Of a stretch of DNA of 64,000 bases, positions 60,440 through 64,000 are shown piece after piece. The stretch lies in assembly GCF_000143415.4 (NCBI RefSeq), contig NW_003314326.1:248001-312000 (forward strand), written 5' to 3'. This stretch comes from Selaginella moellendorffii (taxonomy: Eukaryota > Plantae > Lycopodiophyta). Each line of letters begins with the position of its first letter. Positions within the stretch are counted from its first letter, which is position 1. Made by a program: the position numbers and the translations under genes. The notes under the pieces are model-generated. The model saw only the letters and a program-made list of their open reading frames with translations. It did not search any database and had not been told where the DNA came from.

Positions 60440-61410
60440 CCGTGGCCTTGTGTATAAGTTATGTCAACTCGAATTGTAAGTTGTTGTGGTGATGTACATC
60501 TTGAGAGTACAATATAGAGCTGCCTGTGGGTAAAGACTAGCTGGGGCAAGTAGATGCCCACACGATCAAATATTTGACCTTGGCATTTTGAAATTGTCAA
60601 GCGATATCCAAGATGAGGAAATTGTTTTCGAGACATAAATAATGGAACATCTAAATCAGAGGGTGTTAAATCAATGCATGGGATAAAAGTTCTAGTGCCT
60701 TTAAATTCACCTATAATTATTTTATTAAATGAAGTTCTTTTGACCATTAGTTGAGTCCAATTGCACAATCCAATTGTTAAAGACATGTTTCTCAAAAAAA
60801 TAACTATACAACCTTCTTTTAGTATCAATTTATGTGGTGGTAGTCTAGAGAGAGTGATAGAGTTTAAAAATTCAATTGGGAAATTTTCAGGATGTTCAAC
60901 ATCAATAGAGTTAATGCTAGTGTAAATTTGAAGTGGACCTGGTAATTGAGAGATGATGTTGTTGTTAATTTGAAATGTATATCATTACGAGGCATTAAAA
61001 TGGCTCTATTTGCTACAATTTGAACATTTGAAACGTCTTTGATACATGTGAACATGAAATCAATAATAGAGGTACTTCTAATTAGTTCTGAAGGAAGAAA
61101 GATAGAATCAAGTGGTACAATAAGGTTTTGTGTATAATTATTTCCATCACCAACTTTCAATAGCCATTTTGCCCAATCTGGGAACTTGGGGCCAAGCAGC
61201 ATATTTGTTTGCAATTGGAACTTTCTAAATAGATTCCATAGACTATTTATTCTTACAGATGTGGAAACAATCTATACTCAGTGACTATATGGGACAATTA
61301 ATAATGTTTGACGAAAGTCATCACTTGTAACAATAATAATGCCACCGAATGGAGAATTGTTCTATTTCAAGTTTCTTAAGTAGTGATCGACAGTTAAAAA
61401 GGCAAGTGTA
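60440..61410 (-). mobile_element. Helitron-type PIF1 helicase remnant
   Basis: PFGGIIIVTSDDFRQTL, WLLKVGDG, RAILMPRN, IFLRNMSLTIGLCN, RKQFP, TISKCQGQ and VFTHRQLYIVLSR. Confidence 0.85.
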
Positions 61411-61689
61411 TGAGAACACACGCACATAACTTTTGCCTGCCCCGGCCGGACTTGGACTGAAACTCAGCTCCGATGCATAAGCCCCCTAATTGAGCATCAG
61501 TCCAAAGGTAATAACCGAGCTATAATGAAATCAAGGCAATAACAAGTCCAAACCTTGAGAACAATACAACAGTGTAGGCAAGCAAGGTTGGCTATGGTAT
61601 CACGCATGTCCAAAAAGAACCACACAACTCTACCTTTGGACTCTTCAATAGTTATATCATTACCCATCACATGGGTATAGCTTTCTTCT

Positions 61690-62336
61690 CACACTAACCT
61701 TTCTTGGCCAAATTGACTCCATTGAAATCTTCCCTTACTATACTTTTGGAGCTCACCAAACCCCCTATGGTCTGGGAGATGATTGCTTTGGGCTTTTACC
61801 ATTGGACTTAGACTTGGACTCAAACTCAGTCTTATACTTGGTCTCGGACTCGATCTTGGTCTTAGTCTTTTTCTCGGCCTTAACCTCAAACTCCATCTCA
61901 GATCCATCTTGGACTTGACTTCAGACTCCATCTCAAGTCCATCTCAGACCCCATCTCAGGTCCATCTTGAATCCATATTAGACTTTATCTCGGACTTTAT
62001 CTTAAATTCCTTCTTGAATCCATATCAAACTTCATCTCAGACTTCATCTTAAATTCCTTCTCGGACTCCATCTCAAACTCCATTTTGAACTCGTTTTTAA
62101 CACGTCACGACACTTGCTATATATCAGTCCTTCTTGTGACCCTTTTTAGAGACTTATTCACTGATTGCTTTATGCTTATTCCTTGAGCACTTTGTTCGAA
62201 GTTCCACTCCCACTCTCAAATTTCTAAGTCAAAACTTTTGGTCCAAACATGTTACGTTTGTTGAACTTCTTCTTTGGCCACTACTATGTGGCCCCCTTTC
62301 TACTCCACTTTGGGGCTCAAGGATTTATGTCTCACA
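61690..62336 (-). mobile_element. Old partial copy of the array-bearing LTR (decayed array ~61800-62090)
   Basis: Matches 53620-54522 with heavy CpG decay; ends ...TGTCTCACA. Confidence 0.82.
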
Positions 62337-62519
62337 AGTTCCTTACATAGTAGTGGAAGTAGAGGCTTTTATTGGTTCATTGGGTCTTGTAGACAAGCAT
62401 TTAAGTCTATTCTACGGTGTAGTTTGTTTCCCCACCTATTTCTCTTAACTTCTAGCAGCTTGGTTTGCCATATTTCCTGGTGTGTTGTCTTTGAGAGTTC
62501 TAGTTTTCACATGATTTAG

Positions 62520-63250
62520 CTAGTGGTTTTAGAGAGCTCTTCATCATAGATTGTGGCCAACATTCTTCTTGACTAAGCATTGGTATTTTTATGCTTTAAG
62601 GCATTCATCTTTCCACCAATTTCCCTCCATTATCACATTTTTTCACACTTTCCACTATTGGGTAATACACTTCCATTCCATGGCAAAACTTAAAGGGAAA
62701 TTTAGGGTACTTCTTGGAGGTTTGAGAACTTTAAAGGTTGTAATTTAGGTTTGAGTCTTAACTTGGGTTATTTTTCTATCTTTCTCTTCCTTCTTCTCTT
62801 TTCTTTATGTTTCTTTACATTTTTCTAGCTTTTTCTTTCACTTTCTTCTTCTTTTTCATGCTGGACCAAGGGTCTAGTTTGACTACAAAGTTTTGCACTA
62901 GGTTTTCCCTCTATTTTTAAACTTCACACTTTTCACTCTCTTTCTACAGTTACCTCTATTTGGCATTTATTTTCTCTTTGGCTGCCAATTTTACAGCTGC
63001 AGATCATGGGTTCTCTTCATATTAGGGGGTTCTTGATCCACCTAGAGCACAAATATTCTCTAAATATTCCCTTTAGGGAATATTCTAAGTATGGGAGAGA
63101 ATATTCTATATGGGAGGGTATATACCTTTCTTCTCTGTGACTTTTAACAATGATAAGGGCATGATGTATTGATTTTTTTGGCTATAGAAGATTTTGAGTG
63201 TGTTTGAGAGCGAGATGATGTGTAAAACACACACCACTTGAAGTACTCTT
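62520..63250 (+). mobile_element. 3' region of an element related to 39783-46246
   Basis: 62700-62960 resembles the reverse complement of ~40040-40330. Confidence 0.5.
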
Positions 63251-64000
63251 CTTGTGTTATAGTTCCTTCAGACTTGGTGCACTCACTCACACTCCATCTC
63301 ATTTCCTTGAAGCTACCTTAGAGTTGAATCAATCATCGTCCTTGCATTGATCAATTAGAAGAATGCCCTTGTAGTTTGCATATCACTATCGCAAGTGAGA
63401 TTATGAGATCCTTAGTCTGTTTACCATCAACCTTGGATCTCCAGGGAGAAGGATAGTTTTAAAAATCTAAACCCCAAATTGAGATGTGGATTATGCAAAT
63501 GCCCCAAGGGGAACACCATGGATTGCAATCTTCAAACCACCCCACTTCCTTTGACTTTTTGTTAAATCTCATTATTTAAGCTTATGTGGCAAAAGAGAGA
63601 AGAAAACATGATAGGGCAGGGAAATAGCCAAATGCTCATATGTGCTAGCTGTGCTTCTTGGCCTAAAGTATTAGCCACTTTCAAGAAGTAGAATTTTCGA
63701 AGTGTAAAAGGCTCAGTTGACTTTTGCCCTTAGGGCTCATACGGCTAGCAAATTTGAGTAAATAATCATTTAAAAAGGCTAAAAGTTGTAGCAAGCAATT
63801 ATGGATATGAGAATTTTAGAGAAAAATACCTATAATCATAGTCAAAGATATTGATTAGACTCTTGAAATCATTATCACTTTTACTTTAATGAGTTTGTAG
63901 CTACTTGGAATTCTAGTATTGAAATTGAAATTAATAAGAAGTGAGATAAATCAATTTTTTGGACATCAAATAAGAAGAAACAAAACATATCATGATGTTT

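Overview
Eukaryotic plant genomic DNA. The 50-65 nt introns, tight gene packing and PLS-class PPR gene suggest a lycophyte such as Selaginella (inference). The first ~15.6 kb is gene-dense: chloroplast ascorbate peroxidase, a PLP-fold MoCo-sulfurase-like gene, eIF3b, an F-box gene, a ~1.2 kb foldback, a decayed REase+kinase (Crinkler-like) gene and a PPR gene with an inverted copy of part of itself just upstream. From ~15.8 kb the window is a nested transposon field. It holds a TSD-bounded chromovirus (18638-35540) containing a non-coding LTR element (21715-29152) whose LTRs carry a length-variable CpG-rich tandem array, plus solo LTRs of that family, two TRIM families, a tRNA-Trp-primed non-chromovirus Ty3/gypsy derivative, a LINE, a MITE, Copia remnants and a Helitron helicase. 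One intact, intronless gene lies in this field (36515-38434). It encodes a P-loop NTPase fused to a restriction-endonuclease-fold domain and a C-terminal Cys/His cluster, the Crinkler/RHS-type effector architecture, and is the best candidate for an uncharacterised system. All calls come from reading and hand translation; no searches were run, and boundaries of decayed elements are approximate.
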